This document shows, one piece after another, positions 15,605 to 16,428 of a stretch of 16,428 bases of DNA. The notes under the pieces were generated by a model. That model did not search any database. It was not told the origin of the DNA and saw nothing but the letters and a program-made list of their open reading frames with translations. Source of the stretch: Nitrospinota bacterium. GTDB lineage: Bacteria > UBA8248. Location: the NCBI GenBank assembly GCA_046581755.1, contig JAYGFR010000396.1, positions 1 to 16,428 of the forward strand, in the 5' to 3' direction. The number at the start of each line of letters is the position of its first letter. Positions within the stretch are counted from its first letter, which is position 1. Made by a program: the position numbers and the translations under genes.

Positions 15605-16165
15605 ATGAGGGGGAAGGGGATAGTCGCGGCGGGGGATTCCGCGCCGGACGCGATGCTCGAAAACGGCAAGGGCCAGCCGGTCCGGCTCTCGGAGATTTGG
15701 CAGGGCACCCGTCTCGTTCTCGTCTTCATGCGCCATCTGGGGTGAATTTTTTGCCGGGAGCAGCTGGCGCAGTTGCGCCGGCACGAGGCGGATTTCGAGG
15801 AGCGCGGCATCCGGGTCGTGGCCGTCAGCCCCGCCCCGGGAGCCTCGTGCGTGGCGGTGTGTGCAATGTTTCATTTCCCCTTCACCTGCCTGGGCGACCC
15901 CGGGGGGGAGGCATACGACGCCTATGGCTTGGAGCGGCGCGGCATCGGGAGGATCATCGGCCTGCGCACGGTGTGGCGGGGTTTCCGGGCTTTCATCGGA
16001 GGCCACCGCCAGGCGCGCGCCATCGGAGATCGCCTTCGTCTTCCGGGCGCGTTTATCGTTGGCCCGGAGGGAGGGATACTCTGGGCCTCGCGGGGCCGGG
16101 AGGCCTCGGACCACGCCAGCGCGGCGGCTCTTTTGTCCGCTCTCGATGAGACGGGCCGGACTTGA
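15605..16165 (+). CDS. AhpC/TSA (peroxiredoxin-like, SelL/SelU-related) thioredoxin-fold selenoprotein, UxxC motif, 186 aa
   Basis: RBS GGAGG and ATG 15605 give MRGKGIVAAGDSAPDAMLENGKGQPVRLSEIWQGTRLVLVFMRHLG-(TGA 15743-15745)-IFCREQLAQLRRHEADFEERGIRVVAVS...LGDPGGEAYDAYGL...LPGAFIVGPEG...SDH. Redoxin similarity is continuous on both sides of the TGA in one frame, and a SECIS-like hairpin follows. Confidence 0.85.
15752..15783 (+). promoter_or_regulatory. Bacterial SECIS-like stem-loop
   Basis: TGCCGG-GA-GCAGCTG-(GCG)-CAGTTGC-G-CCGGCA forms a 6-bp lower stem, an internal loop, a 7-bp upper stem (one G-U) and a small apical loop starting with G. There are 21 nt between the UGA and the loop. Confidence 0.75.
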
Positions 16166-16428
16166 GGCCGCTTTTCGCGGCTGGATTCCGCTCACGGCGG
16201 GTTTTTACTCACGGCTGGTTTTCGCCCCGGCACGAAAGAATTTTGAATAGACCCACATTATGCGGCGGAACAGAGCAGAAAGAGACGGGAATCCCTGCAA
16301 CCACATGATATAATTGGCCAAAATCGCCCGGGCGAGAGGATGTCAGATGCCCGGATGTGGTGGCAGCCAAAAAGAGGCCCTGCGGCCCAACTTCGACCGC
16401 TCTATCATGATTGATTTCCGGGGTGCCA

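Noticed and set aside
15773..16165. TTG 15773 as the true start of a 130-aa protein
   Set aside because: There is no clear RBS, the TTG is buried in the hairpin, and the product would lack the redox motif and first beta-strands of the thioredoxin fold.
16250..16428. tRNA or ncRNA at the right edge (the window ends in CCA; GC is lower)
   Set aside because: No cloverleaf or convincing T-arm/acceptor stem could be built. The terminal CCA is likely a coincidence of the window boundary.

Overview
GC-rich bacterial chromosomal window with no recognisable mobile element, CRISPR array, rRNA or tRNA. In order it encodes: a polytopic GT-C-like membrane protein; a CorA/ZntB transporter; two tandem lipoproteins sharing an unnamed two-cysteine domain (the first fused to TPRs); an MltC-like lytic transglycosylase with an upstream LPP20/FlgP-like exported protein; a solitary, minimal, frameshifted flagellin; a cupin; a TPR protein; a disrupted lipoprotein-type cytochrome c'; and a minus-strand run of cyclase (KynB-like), M42 peptidase, MqnD, FGE-sulfatase-domain and VOC genes. 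The best hidden feature is a gene the ORF track truncates: a thioredoxin-fold AhpC/TSA-like protein (15605-16165) with an in-frame TGA in an RHLG-U-IFC (UxxC) motif, followed directly by a strong bacterial SECIS-like hairpin, i.e. a probable selenoprotein. Several apparent lesions (two frameshifts, one premature TAA, and C>A/G>T-type changes at motif positions) point to either gene decay or consensus errors. All product calls come from motif recognition by eye; no database searches were run.
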